A stretch of 64,000 nucleotides of DNA from an uncultured Candidatus Saccharibacteria bacterium (GCA_964402035.1 CAYOAM010000001.1:307558-371557); one strand, 5' to 3'. Counted from the first letter of the stretch, positions 9,364 through 20,673 are shown. Numbers and translations: made by a program. The notes: a model not told the origin generated them from the sequence alone.

Positions 9364-11424
9364 ATGAAGAAGGTCCTTATAGTGATTGCCTTCCTTGGAG
9401 TTTTGCTGCTACTCGGTAGTTATGCCCTCCATCGAGACGGGTTAGCAAAATACCAAGGCCTCGGTTCTGTTGTAACACTTGATCGCTACCTAAAACCGAT
9501 CAGCATCAAGGAAAATGCAAAAGGTCTCTATGTATTTGAGACCGAGTCCATTCCCGTAGCGTTCAAAAAACTCCTGGTACAAAAGGAGGACGCGTACTTT
9601 TACTACCATCCAGGAATAAATCCCATAAGCATGGTGCGTGCACTGACACACTATTTTTTTACAGGACGAATTGGAGGATCAAGCACGCTCACACAGCAAC
9701 TTGCAAAAAATCTCTTGGGTACTGAATCAAACAGGACCATCTACAATAAAGTAAAAGAGACTGCCTACGCGATAAGTCTCGAAATATTTCTTTCAAAAGA
9801 ATCTATTCTCTCGATGTATGCAAACACGGTTTTTTTAGGAAACCAAGTGCAGGGATTTGAAACAGGGAGCTATGCGTATTTTGATAAGCCACTCAAGGAA
9901 ACAACAACAAATGAACAACTTGCGCTACTCGCGACCCTCTCGCACCCAAGCACCAGAAATCCATGGGAAAAAGACAATGCAGTGTACGCCGAAGCTTTAC
10001 ACAAAGAGCTCGCTCCCGATACAACGTTTATACCGGCGAAAGTCACAACCGCGTATGCTTTTCAAACAAAAAGTGCGTTTGAATTGGATTCTGCAGCTAT
10101 CACATGCACATCGACCTGTACGACCACCATCGATCTAAAACTCAATGAGTTTATACGAAATGCGATCCAAAAATATACTGAAACAGAGTCTGCACGTGGT
10201 GCACGCAATGGCGCCGTCGTCGTGATTGATCCAAAAAATTCTGAACTGCTTGCGCTTGTGGGCAGCCCTGACCCAACAAGCACAAAGGACGGCAACCGGA
10301 TCAACATGGCGCTCGCGCCACGCCCTATTGGCTCTACCGTTAAACCTCTCCTCTATCTCAAGGGATTTATGGAAGGATTGCGCCCGTTTACACTTGTTGA
10401 AGATCGCGAATACAAATATCCCATAGCGACTGGTTTTTCACTGTATCCAAAAAACTATGATGGGAAATATCGCGGCACGATCACGCTCCATGAAGCACTG
10501 AGCAACAGTCTCAATGTGCCCTCAGTCAAAGTCCTTGAATATATTGGACTTGAAAAATTCTATGGCTATCTTTCAGAATCATTGCATTTCAAACCAATAC
10601 AGGATTATGACAGTTACCAGTATGGCATCGCACTCGGAGGACTTGAAATGGATCTTCTCTCACTCACCCACTATTTCACGATCTTTCCACGGTACGGTAC
10701 CCGCGCACAGCTCAAAACAATCCTCACTGCTGCAGATCAACCAACACTACCCCCACAATCACACATAGATACGACCGAGATCGTTGCAGATCCTAAATAT
10801 GTTGAACTCGTCAATGCTATTTTGAGTGATCGATTTACCGGTGTTGAGCAGTTTGGACTTGCGAGCAACTTAAACCTGACCACCAAAGAGTACGGTGTAA
10901 AGACAGGCACCTCACGCGATTTTCATGATAGCTGGGTCGTGGGGTATACACCTGATTTTGTCGTAGGTGTCTGGATTGGAAACACTGAAAATGAAGCACT
11001 GGAGCAAGTGAGTGGGCAGTCGGGTGCTGGTGTCGTGTGGCATGAAGTTATGGAGTACCTCCTCGCTTCTCCCTACCACACAGACACGACGTTTATTACC
11101 AAGGATATTGTAAGTGTACCCATTGGCAATTCAAATCAATGGGGTCTTGCCGGTGACAAAATCGCAACGATACAGAGCCTGCTTCAAAAAAATAATCTTA
11201 TCCTGAGTGTGCACGATGGCGATACATTTGAATTTACAAACGACACCACCATCCCACTGCGCGCGCGCAACCGCGTCTCGTGGACAGCAAATGGTAAGCC
11301 ACTTGGTGAAGGCGAAGAAGTGTTTTTCAAACCAACAGCCGCCGGCAACTATGAAATCACTGCTACTGATCCGCTCTTAGGCAATCGAGAGATTCTGCTT
11401 ATCAAGGTAGTTTCGCGAGACTAG
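9364..11424 (+). CDS. class A penicillin-binding protein (glycosyltransferase GT51 + transpeptidase) with PBP1C-type C-terminal beta-sandwich domain
   Basis: GT51 motifs (TLTQQLAKNL), SxxK (STVK), SNS (SNSLN), KTGT; C-terminal VSWTANGKPLGEGEEVFFKPTAAGNYEI resembles PbpC C-terminal domain. Confidence 0.9.
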   Translation: MKKVLIVIAFLGVLLLLGSYALHRDGLAKYQGLGSVVTLDRYLKPISIKENAKGLYVFETESIPVAFKKLLVQKEDAYFYYHPGINPISMVRALTHYFFTGRIGGSSTLTQQLAKNLLGTESNRTIYNKVKETAYAISLEIFLSKESILSMYANTVFLGNQVQGFETGSYAYFDKPLKETTTNEQLALLATLSHPSTRNPWEKDNAVYAEALHKELAPDTTFIPAKVTTAYAFQTKSAFELDSAAITCTSTCTTTIDLKLNEFIRNAIQKYTETESARGARNGAVVVIDPKNSELLALVGSPDPTSTKDGNRINMALAPRPIGSTVKPLLYLKGFMEGLRPFTLVEDREYKYPIATGFSLYPKNYDGKYRGTITLHEALSNSLNVPSVKVLEYIGLEKFYGYLSESLHFKPIQDYDSYQYGIALGGLEMDLLSLTHYFTIFPRYGTRAQLKTILTAADQPTLPPQSHIDTTEIVADPKYVELVNAILSDRFTGVEQFGLASNLNLTTKEYGVKTGTSRDFHDSWVVGYTPDFVVGVWIGNTENEALEQVSGQSGAGVVWHEVMEYLLASPYHTDTTFITKDIVSVPIGNSNQWGLAGDKIATIQSLLQKNNLILSVHDGDTFEFTNDTTIPLRARNRVSWTANGKPLGEGEEVFFKPTAAGNYEITATDPLLGNREILLIKVVSRD

Positions 11425-11429
11425 GCATT

Positions 11430-11458
11430 TTGACAACAGATCTCGTGTCATGTATAAG
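11430..11458 (+). promoter_or_regulatory. sigma70-like promoter (TTGACA-17-TATAAG) upstream of 11493 gene
   Basis: sequence match only. Confidence 0.35.
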
Positions 11459-11492
11459 CCTAAGAGATCAATCACCGTCATAGTGAGGACAC

Positions 11493-12017
11493 ATGCGACA
11501 GAGAGACCTTGAGAAGGACATTTTAGTCCGCTTATGGGATGAAATCCTATTCAGAAAATACGGACCAGACTTCAAGAGAAAGGACCCGACGCGCTTTGAA
11601 GATCCAGAAGCCGATACATTTCTATGGCTCCTGCGCCTGACCTTCTACAGTTTTAGTTGGGGTCAGAGAATGGCGACTGTCGACCCAAAGCTGATTGAGG
11701 GTCTGGCAATGTATGCCGGCGAACTGCACAGTGACCATCCGCAAGTTGGAGGTCCATTTGGAAATCGCTCCAACGACATTGTCTTCGGGATGTACAAGGG
11801 GTTAGTCAGCACTTTCCGACATGCCATTGAAAGTGGTACGGCAACATACCGAAAGGACGGTCATGTGTGGTTTGGAGGATTTGAAATTCCGAATTGGTTT
11901 GTCGATGAGTGCACAGACAAACTACACACAAAGGCGGATGATCTCGACAAGCTTTGGAAGGATAGTGCCCCTCGCGAAAGATACATTCAGCGTCGCAGAA
12001 AACTCAGAACTTCATAA
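11493..12017 (+). CDS. hypothetical protein
   Basis: 174-aa ORF with own promoter-like element and strong downstream terminator. Confidence 0.6.
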   Translation: MRQRDLEKDILVRLWDEILFRKYGPDFKRKDPTRFEDPEADTFLWLLRLTFYSFSWGQRMATVDPKLIEGLAMYAGELHSDHPQVGGPFGNRSNDIVFGMYKGLVSTFRHAIESGTATYRKDGHVWFGGFEIPNWFVDECTDKLHTKADDLDKLWKDSAPRERYIQRRRKLRTS

Positions 12018-12018
12018 T

Positions 12019-12049
12019 ACCTCCACACACCTGTGTGTGAGGTTTTTTT
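12019..12049 (+). terminator. rho-independent terminator
   Basis: CCTCCACACAC-CTG-TGTGTGAGG hairpin + TTTTTTT. Confidence 0.65.
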
Positions 12050-12142
12050 ACATCTCGTGTCAAAGCATGATTCTGCAACTCCTAAGTACTAACTCAAGCC
12101 TGGTTAGACAAGAGTTAGTTTATCTTTCAACTTCCTACCAAC

Positions 12143-13780
12143 TCAAAATTGTAGTGCAAGAAATCGCTTATCACGTATGGACTGCACATATCCCGCCTCA
12201 ACCGCCTTCTGTACATAGAGGTCTGATTGTTTTTTATCTCCTAGGCGATGATAGATACGAGCGAGTACCATATAATTTTCTTTTGCATCAAAATTATCAA
12301 ACTTCTTTTTAAGTTTTTCTGCATCAGCAGTGCGTCCAAGCAACATATAGGTTGCATACAGATTTTGTAGGTTGGAATCATCGACTAGTCCTTTTACTAA
12401 TTTTTGATTAACTTCAAGAGCCTTTTCTAAATCGCGTGTCTGGGCTGTGACTACATTAAGTCCGAGCAGAAACCAACCATACTGATTGAGTACAGCGTCG
12501 TTTTTTGGATCTACTTTGAGCGCAAGTTCAAAGTATTCTTTCACCTTAGCAACATTACCTAATTCCCACTCTGCATTCGCAAGCGAAAGGTACTGATCAA
12601 CACTTTTTTTCTTTGAAGCAGCTGCTGCTTTTTTATAGTACGCCGCAGCCTGTGCTGCATCGTCCAGTGCCCCGTAAGCGTCTCCAATAGAGTAACTTAG
12701 ATACGCCTTATCAGCCTTCTTTGCCTTTTTATACGCACTCAATAGCTCTTTGAGGCGCGCGGCTGGATCTTGAGTATCTAGGTCAACCTGAAGATTTAAA
12801 TCCAATGCATCGACTGCGTCTGCAAAAGATATAGTGGACTTCGGCGCAACAACCGTCATCTTGACTCCATAATCTTTAAGCGAGATGTCTGTGTACGTGA
12901 ATACAGTCTCCTTACGCTTTTCAAATGGTGGAATAACCATAACATCGACCATTCGGACCGGTAGTTTTGTAACGTTATCAAACCACAAAGAAACATAAGA
13001 ACGATCCGTTATTTTATCTACAAACTCATTATTTTTGATGCCACTTTCAAAACCTTCAATAGAAAAAACAGTGACTTCATTATCCCCTGGCATTTCGGCA
13101 ATAGTCTTCTTTAGCTCTTTAAAATAAGCTGCAAATACATCTGATCTATAAATCAGGTCATACCGTGTTGCATTCTCTACAACAATGGAATCTCCGACAT
13201 CACCGTCAAAAAACTGGAACAACCCAAGTTTTCGCGCAAGTGCTGCAGAAGCATCAAATGCTGCTATAGGGTTTGGGTCATCATTTTTTGTTAATGCAAT
13301 ATCAAATAGTTCTTCAAGCTCTAGTGCTTCAGCAAAATCGGTAGCACGTACTGCGGGGACCTCGATCCACTTATTTTTTACTGACTTGATACGCGTTTCA
13401 GGAAAGCGAATATACACTGTTTCTCCTTTTGTTATGAAGTCTAGTTTGTATTCTGTTCCTCGCTTAGAAGTACCAAGTTGCAAGGAGGTGACTACATCTG
13501 ATTCAACATACGTCGTACTTGCGTGCGTCGGCACGATATTCCCTTTCAAAGCATAATTGACATAGTACGCAGGGTACTTGTCCAGTGCACTTTTCTTATG
13601 CAATTCTAAAGCTGAACGCAAGTCGAGTGTAACGCTCGTATCCTCATCTACTGAATCAAAAAAATAAGTGTGGAGCGCATTAGGTGCCATGGAATCCAAG
13701 TCCTCATTTGCCTGCACTGTTGGAGCATTAAGGACAGCGAAAAACCCTAAAATCAGAATCGTTATTATTGTCTGTATCAT
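12143..13780 (-). CDS. secreted TPR-repeat protein
   Basis: N-terminal signal peptide (MIQTIITILILGFFAVLNAPTVQA); C-terminal ~200 aa of tetratricopeptide repeats. Confidence 0.8.
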   Translation of the reverse strand: MIQTIITILILGFFAVLNAPTVQANEDLDSMAPNALHTYFFDSVDEDTSVTLDLRSALELHKKSALDKYPAYYVNYALKGNIVPTHASTTYVESDVVTSLQLGTSKRGTEYKLDFITKGETVYIRFPETRIKSVKNKWIEVPAVRATDFAEALELEELFDIALTKNDDPNPIAAFDASAALARKLGLFQFFDGDVGDSIVVENATRYDLIYRSDVFAAYFKELKKTIAEMPGDNEVTVFSIEGFESGIKNNEFVDKITDRSYVSLWFDNVTKLPVRMVDVMVIPPFEKRKETVFTYTDISLKDYGVKMTVVAPKSTISFADAVDALDLNLQVDLDTQDPAARLKELLSAYKKAKKADKAYLSYSIGDAYGALDDAAQAAAYYKKAAAASKKKSVDQYLSLANAEWELGNVAKVKEYFELALKVDPKNDAVLNQYGWFLLGLNVVTAQTRDLEKALEVNQKLVKGLVDDSNLQNLYATYMLLGRTADAEKLKKKFDNFDAKENYMVLARIYHRLGDKKQSDLYVQKAVEAGYVQSIRDKRFLALQF

Positions 13781-13951
13781 AAATATACGAGGTAAACTAT
13801 AATAATTTTAGTGTACCACAAAAACAATCCCAGATTAATACGGCCACCTACTGATCGTGATGGCCCTCTTTTTTCTGCTTATTTCGAAAATTTGAAGTCA
13901 TGGAGTCAGTGAGAAATGGCGTCAGCCACCATTTCCTATGCGATAATATCC

Positions 13952-16900
13952 CTACTCGGTGATAGTAAACGTCGCGCCTTCGGTGCGGCCAAAGACTTCA
14001 GGGAAATAGAGCTCCTCGGCGCGAGCTGGCATGTGTTGGAAGGTACCCGGCACCAATGCTCGCAAGAAGTATTCGTATTCATAGACGCCAGGCGAGAGAG
14101 TGTCTATGTAGAGAAATACACGGTCATCGTGCGACTCCACATGCGATGGCCAAAGTTTTCGCGCAACTTTTTTGTATTCACCACCGAGATCACGAATGGC
14201 TCCAAAAATCTGCGCCGTCTGAGGACTAGTAAATGTACTTTCAATGCGATCAAAAGCACGGATGAACATGTTGTCGGGCGGCACGACATATCCCATCGCA
14301 TCGTTATCATATCCTTTTTGACCTTCACCATACTCTCCATCCTGGTTTTGCAACGACTGGTCTTCGGTATTAAGATTGAAGTTTACGATTTCAAAACCTG
14401 CAGGGATAATGTCTTCCACCGCTATATGACTATATACGCCAGGAATTGAAAGTGTGATTTTGCCACGGACAATGTCACCCACCTGTGCGCTCGACACCGG
14501 AGTACTATTTTTGGTGTTGGCCGCATCATAGGCGTATAAATCGCGTGTGATCGTGATACCCTCATCGCGCGGCGGCAGTGACTCAACCGGCAAGAAGTAC
14601 TTGAGCGCCATGTCATAGTAGAAATTGTTTTTCTGTTCATTGCGCTTGGTTCGTTCAAACGTGAGGGGCAACAATTTTTCACGCTCAAAAGAATCTATCG
14701 ATATGACGTGTGTAAAGGTTTCCCAAATATTTTTTGGTGTGAAATTGTGGACAAAAATCTCTGCGCCATCAAGCAAACCGCGCAGTGAAAATTCTGACTC
14801 ACTTTCATGTTGCCATTTGAGATAATCAACCATCGCATCGACGACAACAAAGGTGTTGTGTGTGCCGCCCCACACACCGTCTTTGTCTCTGCCGGCCAAT
14901 ATCCAACGCAAGATATTTCCTATCATTGGATGTTCGTCATCGTGCACCACCAGTGCCTTGAGCAAGAGTGCAGTGTCAGTAATCGCTGTCTGGCTCACAC
15001 CCCAACTCTCAAATTGAACTGGATTTTTTAGATACGCACCGCGACCATCGATATCAATGCGACCAAGCAGTGCCGTATATACTTTTGATACTTCACTGCG
15101 CGTGTACGAATCATAGGTAAGGATCGCAAGATATGTCAGTGATTTGCTACTAATGCGCTCTTGTATGTACGGTGTATCGGCAATAAACGTTTTTATATAT
15201 TGCGTAAGTGCAGTGTCCGTACCTCGAGCACGTCGCACGACATACTCGGCAAATATCACCGTATCCTTATGCGTATCATCGGGATACATTCGATATGCAT
15301 CTGCTGCATGCATCTCAATATACGTGAGCGCATTATCAAGGACGCCATCACGTATGGTGTAACCAGCATCCTGCAGATTGAGTAAGGTCAGAGCAACATG
15401 TGTCGTCAAGAAAAGGTCAGGCTCCATACCTTTGTAATATGCAAATCCTCCATCAAATGTCTGGACTTCATATATGCGTGATAGTCCTTGAGCGACTACC
15501 GTATCAACGTCATAGCGCACACCTTCGTATTCAATATTTTCAAAACTGCCTACTACGTTTGGAACCTTGAGCGCTGACTTGAGTGTCGCAATAGTTGAGA
15601 GCGCACTCGCAAGCTGCTCCCCACATCCATACGGATACGTGACCATGTAGTTGAGTGCATCAGTCAAAAATACTGCCATGGTGGCATTTGCATGGATGGT
15701 GAGACCTCCTTCATTTGAGATCACTTCTTTTGGAATATAGATATACTCTGTTGCTGTATCTGCACTCGTGAAGTTTGCAGTGGCGACGGTTTCAAACGTC
15801 GTATTTGGCGTAATAGATATAGACTGCTCAACACTATCTTCAAATGTGCCATCCTTTGCCGTAAAGGTAAAGATATGTTCACCTGCTTTTTTATTCTTTG
15901 GTGCACGCACATCAAAGTAGACCGTTTTTGATTCTCCTGCAGCAATTTTAACGGCATCAGTTTTGTCCCCTAAAAATTCAAGAGACGTACTGTCAAGCTG
16001 TACATCGACGGTTGTTGCATGATCAGTTTGATTGAAGACTTGTGCACCAAGTGAGAAGGTATCACCCGGCACCACAAATCGTGGCTTCAATGGCACCGCC
16101 ATTAGATCTTTCTTGGTCGTAAATTCTTTGTAGTCAACACCAAGTTTCGTGTCTTTGGTGACGCCCAAGGATTCTATTTGCCAGGTTGTGAGATTGTCAG
16201 GTAGCGTAAACTTCACCGTACCTTTTCCGTTTTCATCCGTGATCACCGAGGCTTCCCAGTATGCCGTATCCTTGAAGAGACCTCGTTTCTTTTTTGAGAG
16301 ATCATCGGGATTTGCGCCACCACCACCTTTTGTTCCAAGCGGTATCGCCACTTCATAGAGAATGTTTTTGAGGTTACTTGCTGTTGAAACCGACAGTGGA
16401 AAACCATCATAGAAAAATACCAATGGATTCTTTTTTGGATTTCCTTTGAGTGCCAAGACCGAGAGATCAGCAACAGCAAGCGACACCTCAGCAGAGACTG
16501 GATTTCCTAGATTGTCCTTTGTTTCGACAGAAAGCACCACGTCTTCTCCAGGTAGGTAGGTCGTTTTATTGGACGATACGGCGACGTCGAGTGCGTGCTC
16601 TTTGACACCGACGTCATAGCGGACACTTCCAAACTTTACCTCCGGATTTGGAGAAATAAGCAGTGCAGCAACATACATGTTGGGAGCATAGCTGCTTTTT
16701 ACCGGGAAACTGTGTTTGTATAGTCCACCAACTACGTCTGCAATCCAGTAATCATAGACGGTACCGCGCTCCGCAGTGATCAACACCTTTGCTTTCTCAT
16801 ACGGAGATTTAATCAATAGTGTCGCGGTGTCGCCAACATCCACAGAAGTTTTTTCAACTTCAAGATCAAGTTCATAACTATTGTTTGGTGGCGCCGCTAC

Positions 16901-19900
16901 CGCTTGTGACCCATAAATGTACATGTGCGCAGTCGTCTCGATGTCTCGACCTCCTGCATCTTTTCCTGAAATACGTATTTCGTACTCACCTTCCTCAGCA
17001 AAAGATAGCGACCCACTCCAATTGCCATCCTTGTCAGTCCGTATATTTTCAGAATTAATATCTTTGAAACGTTTTTCCGATCGATAGTAGAAGCCACCAT
17101 CCACTTCCTGTCGCTTGAATGTTTCCCAGTTGATTTGACGCACAGTGCGCGTGAGGTTGGATACGGCAAGCGGCGCACCCTGTGTGTCCACTGTTTTTAT
17201 GCGAAGTGTTGTTGGTGTATTTTTGCTCGTATAATAATCATCGGTTTTTGCTCCAATATAAAAATCTCCTTTATGTACAATAAATGACTTCTGCGTGGAC
17301 ACCGACCGTCCGTTGATATCCCGCACGGTTATCGAGACCGTGATGAGCTTGCTGCCGACAACATCATCGCTACTAAAATACGACATCAAATCAAGTTGCC
17401 GTTCGATTGTTGCCTTCCCCGCTTCATCAAGCGTCGTTTCACCACGAAATAGGAAATTGTCGCCATACCCACACTCATAGCAGTAGTACCATCCACCGCC
17501 AAAATTGAAATACTCGTCAGTGTAGCGATCAAAATAATAATCTTGTGCCGTGACCGAGTACGACACCTTGCCTTCTGAGAGTGCGGTACCAAAATAGTAC
17601 TCTGCCGCAACATCAATGTGCATCGTATCGCGATCGACATACTCCTCCTTGGAGGCCTTTGCATCAATAGCAAAGGCGGACGGGACATACTCCTCAACAT
17701 CAAACCAGCCGTATGCGTCGAGACCTGAAATCGTGTAGGTGCCGAGTGGTGCATCGTCGGGCAAGGTAAACGACGTGTTAAATGTACCAAATGCACTCAT
17801 AACGAGCGGCACCTGATAGACCGTTTCTCCTAGAGCATTTCTCACCTCGAGGTTTACGTTGCCTTTGTTCCATATTTCATAACTACCGTCAAAGCCAATA
17901 CGATCAATACCACGGATATAGACCGTATGTCCGGGTCGATATATTGGTCGATCGGTATAGACATAAGTGCGCGAAGCGTTGCCTGCAGCACCACTGTATT
18001 GCAATTGATCTGCCCAATCGGTCACGATAGCGCTATCAGTCCCCCGTCGCACGACCACACCTGCAACGTTTGTGTCACTTACGACACGCGCAACACCTGA
18101 CGGATCGGTAGCGCCCACTGAACCTTTGGTAAACGCTGTATTATACCCACCGGCATACTGGTCGACGCTTGCTCCGACAACAGGATTCATTGACTTACTT
18201 TCCGTCACCCAATAGAGGTTACGTGCACGTTCAATATTTTTGTCACGCACAATATTTCTCTGTGCGTACTGACTTTGATCATTGCTCTCATATCTCGGTT
18301 CATATCGTTCGATTTCTTTCTTCCCAACAACGAGGTTGGTGACACTCACATAGGTGCGATCATATTGCGGTTTGCGCAACGTTCCTGACTGCATGTATGC
18401 ATTCATCGTCAAGAGTGGATGGCTAAAGGTCACCACATAGTGACCACGCACATCGGCAAAATAGTCCGCAAGATGTATTTGAAAATAATTGTTCACCCAA
18501 TAACGCTTTGGTAGTGGAATTTGAACACTCTTATCTTCTAGACACCCAACACCACTCGGTGGTGTAGTCCCAAGGTCATTTTGCATCGCGATCAGAGTGC
18601 TTTCCAAAAATGCCTCAGGTGACATGCGGCATACGTTCATGTTGACGTACTCCATGTTCTCCGTCGCATACGTCAACGTTGTTTTATCAGGCGTCGTGAC
18701 GTTGTATTGAGGCTGCATGTTGTGGAAGCGTACATACGATTCCTTTGCTGCTTCTGTTTTAAACGACAGGTCTACTGATGCTCGTGCATCAAATACATCT
18801 GTGAGCGTTAGGTTTACCGTGTACTTAGTCTCTGGCAATAGACCGTATCGGATGTTTGTTTCAAATTCTCCGGCACCACACTTGTAGTATGGACTTGCTT
18901 CGCTCACAAACTGTGAATTCGACCAACGACCAAACACTATGTAGTCACTCGCCTTTACATACGAGGAGAGCCCCTGCTCACTCGGATCCTTAATAGGTGC
19001 ATTGGTACAGATATACATGCCATCGAGCGGCGCGCCCGACGCTCCCTGCGCTGGCAATGTCCGCAAAATATTGAACGTTGGATAGGAATGAAGTGGTACT
19101 TTGATCGGTTCTTGATTGACGCGCAGACCATCAGTCGTCATCAAGCGCTCGAGATTGAGATCAAATGAAAGATCGCGTGCGATTTTTTCAGGATCAAATG
19201 AAAAGATAAGAGTCCTGGTATCTGGCTCTTTTTCACATTCAGAGCCGAGCATGATGGTCTCATTGTTTTGATCGACTTTGCAGCGATCCGCATACGCAAC
19301 AGAACGCAGGCCCGTTGCATACATGCGCGACTGATCTTTATCTATGTTTTCAAAAAAAGTGAGCACCAATGTCCCCTGCGGATCAAGAAAATCGGGTCGT
19401 GCAAGTGATGTACGATCTGATTCTGCACGCACACCTGCAACCACACTCGGAACTGCTATACGTTGCTGCCTCACTTCAGCAAGGTTTTGATTGCCGGCAA
19501 GCGGTACCGCACCTTCGATTGAAAACTCATACGCTGTTTCAAAATCCCATACATTTTTGCGTCCATGCCGATCTGCTTTTGCGCGTACAAATACCTTGCT
19601 GCGATCCACCTCGGTCACTGATTTCTTGAGTTTGGTATCGTAGCGTGTTTGCTCACCGTACGTGACATTGACCGGGACGGTATCACCTGCTGCATTGCGA
19701 ACCATAACTGCTTCTGCAGTCTTTTCCAAATCGACCGATTGATTGAAATCGACAATGATGGGTGATCGATACCCCACAATGCCTTCTGAAACAGATACGT
19801 AGCGCAATGGTCGCGTGGTAAACGTATGTGTTGTCGGCGCGACAGCAAGCCCATCGACTGACGTCAAACCTTCCCCTATGTCGACGGTGTATGAAGACGA

Positions 19901-20620
19901 AGGGATCAAGGTCGTCTCCGGAATAAATTGCAAGTTGCGCGTGCTAATCCATTTAAAATGTCCTGGTGTCTCGGGAGTGATCGTGATCGGAATTTCTTTT
20001 AGCTCCTGCTCACTGAGAGTAGTGAGCGGCACCATTGGTCGATTGAATAGTATCGTGATCTCGGTATCTTCGTGAGATTCACCCTCGGTCGCGGGCAAGA
20101 TGGCGAGTACTTTTGGATCTTCATCAACATAAAAATCTCCGGACATTTCGAGTGCATCCGCTTTGAGATTGACCGCATAGTACGTACCAGTTTTCAGCGG
20201 ATCGGCTGGATCAAAATAGATCATCCCTTCCTCGGTATCAGTAGTCCATGTGCCCTTCACTTCAGGACTAAAGGAGATGCTTGCTTGCGCAACAGCGTCA
20301 GAGACACCGTTAGGTACCTTGACTGGTATGGTTGCGCTCTGTGATATTTTTTCCGGCACAAAAGCAAATACTGTGGAGTATTTTTTTATTGCCACCGCCT
20401 CTTGTCGCTCATGGAGCGCCAATCCCAAAATAGCTATAGCGACGAGTGCAGCAATGCTCGTCATGAGATAGGTGTGTGTATTGAAGTACGACACAAATCG
20501 TTCTTGCACAGTTGGTGTAGCAGTGTTTATCGGGACCGTAGGTATCGGCGTAGAAGAAACCACTTCATTGGGTACAATGTCCGTCGTTGGTTTTGCTACT
20601 ATCCCCTCTTTTTCCTCCAT
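13952..20620 (-). CDS. alpha-2-macroglobulin family protein, thioester-containing, membrane-anchored (2222 aa)
   Basis: YPYGCGEQ thioester motif; N-terminal TM anchor; very large multi-MG-domain architecture typical of bacterial A2M (YfhM-like). Confidence 0.9.
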   Translation of the reverse strand: MEEKEGIVAKPTTDIVPNEVVSSTPIPTVPINTATPTVQERFVSYFNTHTYLMTSIAALVAIAILGLALHERQEAVAIKKYSTVFAFVPEKISQSATIPVKVPNGVSDAVAQASISFSPEVKGTWTTDTEEGMIYFDPADPLKTGTYYAVNLKADALEMSGDFYVDEDPKVLAILPATEGESHEDTEITILFNRPMVPLTTLSEQELKEIPITITPETPGHFKWISTRNLQFIPETTLIPSSSYTVDIGEGLTSVDGLAVAPTTHTFTTRPLRYVSVSEGIVGYRSPIIVDFNQSVDLEKTAEAVMVRNAAGDTVPVNVTYGEQTRYDTKLKKSVTEVDRSKVFVRAKADRHGRKNVWDFETAYEFSIEGAVPLAGNQNLAEVRQQRIAVPSVVAGVRAESDRTSLARPDFLDPQGTLVLTFFENIDKDQSRMYATGLRSVAYADRCKVDQNNETIMLGSECEKEPDTRTLIFSFDPEKIARDLSFDLNLERLMTTDGLRVNQEPIKVPLHSYPTFNILRTLPAQGASGAPLDGMYICTNAPIKDPSEQGLSSYVKASDYIVFGRWSNSQFVSEASPYYKCGAGEFETNIRYGLLPETKYTVNLTLTDVFDARASVDLSFKTEAAKESYVRFHNMQPQYNVTTPDKTTLTYATENMEYVNMNVCRMSPEAFLESTLIAMQNDLGTTPPSGVGCLEDKSVQIPLPKRYWVNNYFQIHLADYFADVRGHYVVTFSHPLLTMNAYMQSGTLRKPQYDRTYVSVTNLVVGKKEIERYEPRYESNDQSQYAQRNIVRDKNIERARNLYWVTESKSMNPVVGASVDQYAGGYNTAFTKGSVGATDPSGVARVVSDTNVAGVVVRRGTDSAIVTDWADQLQYSGAAGNASRTYVYTDRPIYRPGHTVYIRGIDRIGFDGSYEIWNKGNVNLEVRNALGETVYQVPLVMSAFGTFNTSFTLPDDAPLGTYTISGLDAYGWFDVEEYVPSAFAIDAKASKEEYVDRDTMHIDVAAEYYFGTALSEGKVSYSVTAQDYYFDRYTDEYFNFGGGWYYCYECGYGDNFLFRGETTLDEAGKATIERQLDLMSYFSSDDVVGSKLITVSITVRDINGRSVSTQKSFIVHKGDFYIGAKTDDYYTSKNTPTTLRIKTVDTQGAPLAVSNLTRTVRQINWETFKRQEVDGGFYYRSEKRFKDINSENIRTDKDGNWSGSLSFAEEGEYEIRISGKDAGGRDIETTAHMYIYGSQAVAAPPNNSYELDLEVEKTSVDVGDTATLLIKSPYEKAKVLITAERGTVYDYWIADVVGGLYKHSFPVKSSYAPNMYVAALLISPNPEVKFGSVRYDVGVKEHALDVAVSSNKTTYLPGEDVVLSVETKDNLGNPVSAEVSLAVADLSVLALKGNPKKNPLVFFYDGFPLSVSTASNLKNILYEVAIPLGTKGGGGANPDDLSKKKRGLFKDTAYWEASVITDENGKGTVKFTLPDNLTTWQIESLGVTKDTKLGVDYKEFTTKKDLMAVPLKPRFVVPGDTFSLGAQVFNQTDHATTVDVQLDSTSLEFLGDKTDAVKIAAGESKTVYFDVRAPKNKKAGEHIFTFTAKDGTFEDSVEQSISITPNTTFETVATANFTSADTATEYIYIPKEVISNEGGLTIHANATMAVFLTDALNYMVTYPYGCGEQLASALSTIATLKSALKVPNVVGSFENIEYEGVRYDVDTVVAQGLSRIYEVQTFDGGFAYYKGMEPDLFLTTHVALTLLNLQDAGYTIRDGVLDNALTYIEMHAADAYRMYPDDTHKDTVIFAEYVVRRARGTDTALTQYIKTFIADTPYIQERISSKSLTYLAILTYDSYTRSEVSKVYTALLGRIDIDGRGAYLKNPVQFESWGVSQTAITDTALLLKALVVHDDEHPMIGNILRWILAGRDKDGVWGGTHNTFVVVDAMVDYLKWQHESESEFSLRGLLDGAEIFVHNFTPKNIWETFTHVISIDSFEREKLLPLTFERTKRNEQKNNFYYDMALKYFLPVESLPPRDEGITITRDLYAYDAANTKNSTPVSSAQVGDIVRGKITLSIPGVYSHIAVEDIIPAGFEIVNFNLNTEDQSLQNQDGEYGEGQKGYDNDAMGYVVPPDNMFIRAFDRIESTFTSPQTAQIFGAIRDLGGEYKKVARKLWPSHVESHDDRVFLYIDTLSPGVYEYEYFLRALVPGTFQHMPARAEELYFPEVFGRTEGATFTITE

Positions 20621-20673
20621 AGTTTTCTTTGTCTCCTTAGTATAGCACCGTGCTTACAAAGACACATGCACAT

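Noticed and set aside
13781-13951. Weak hairpin GGCCA...TGGCC + T-run between A2M and TPR genes
   Set aside because: Plus-strand orientation does not match flanking minus-strand genes; stem only 5 bp.
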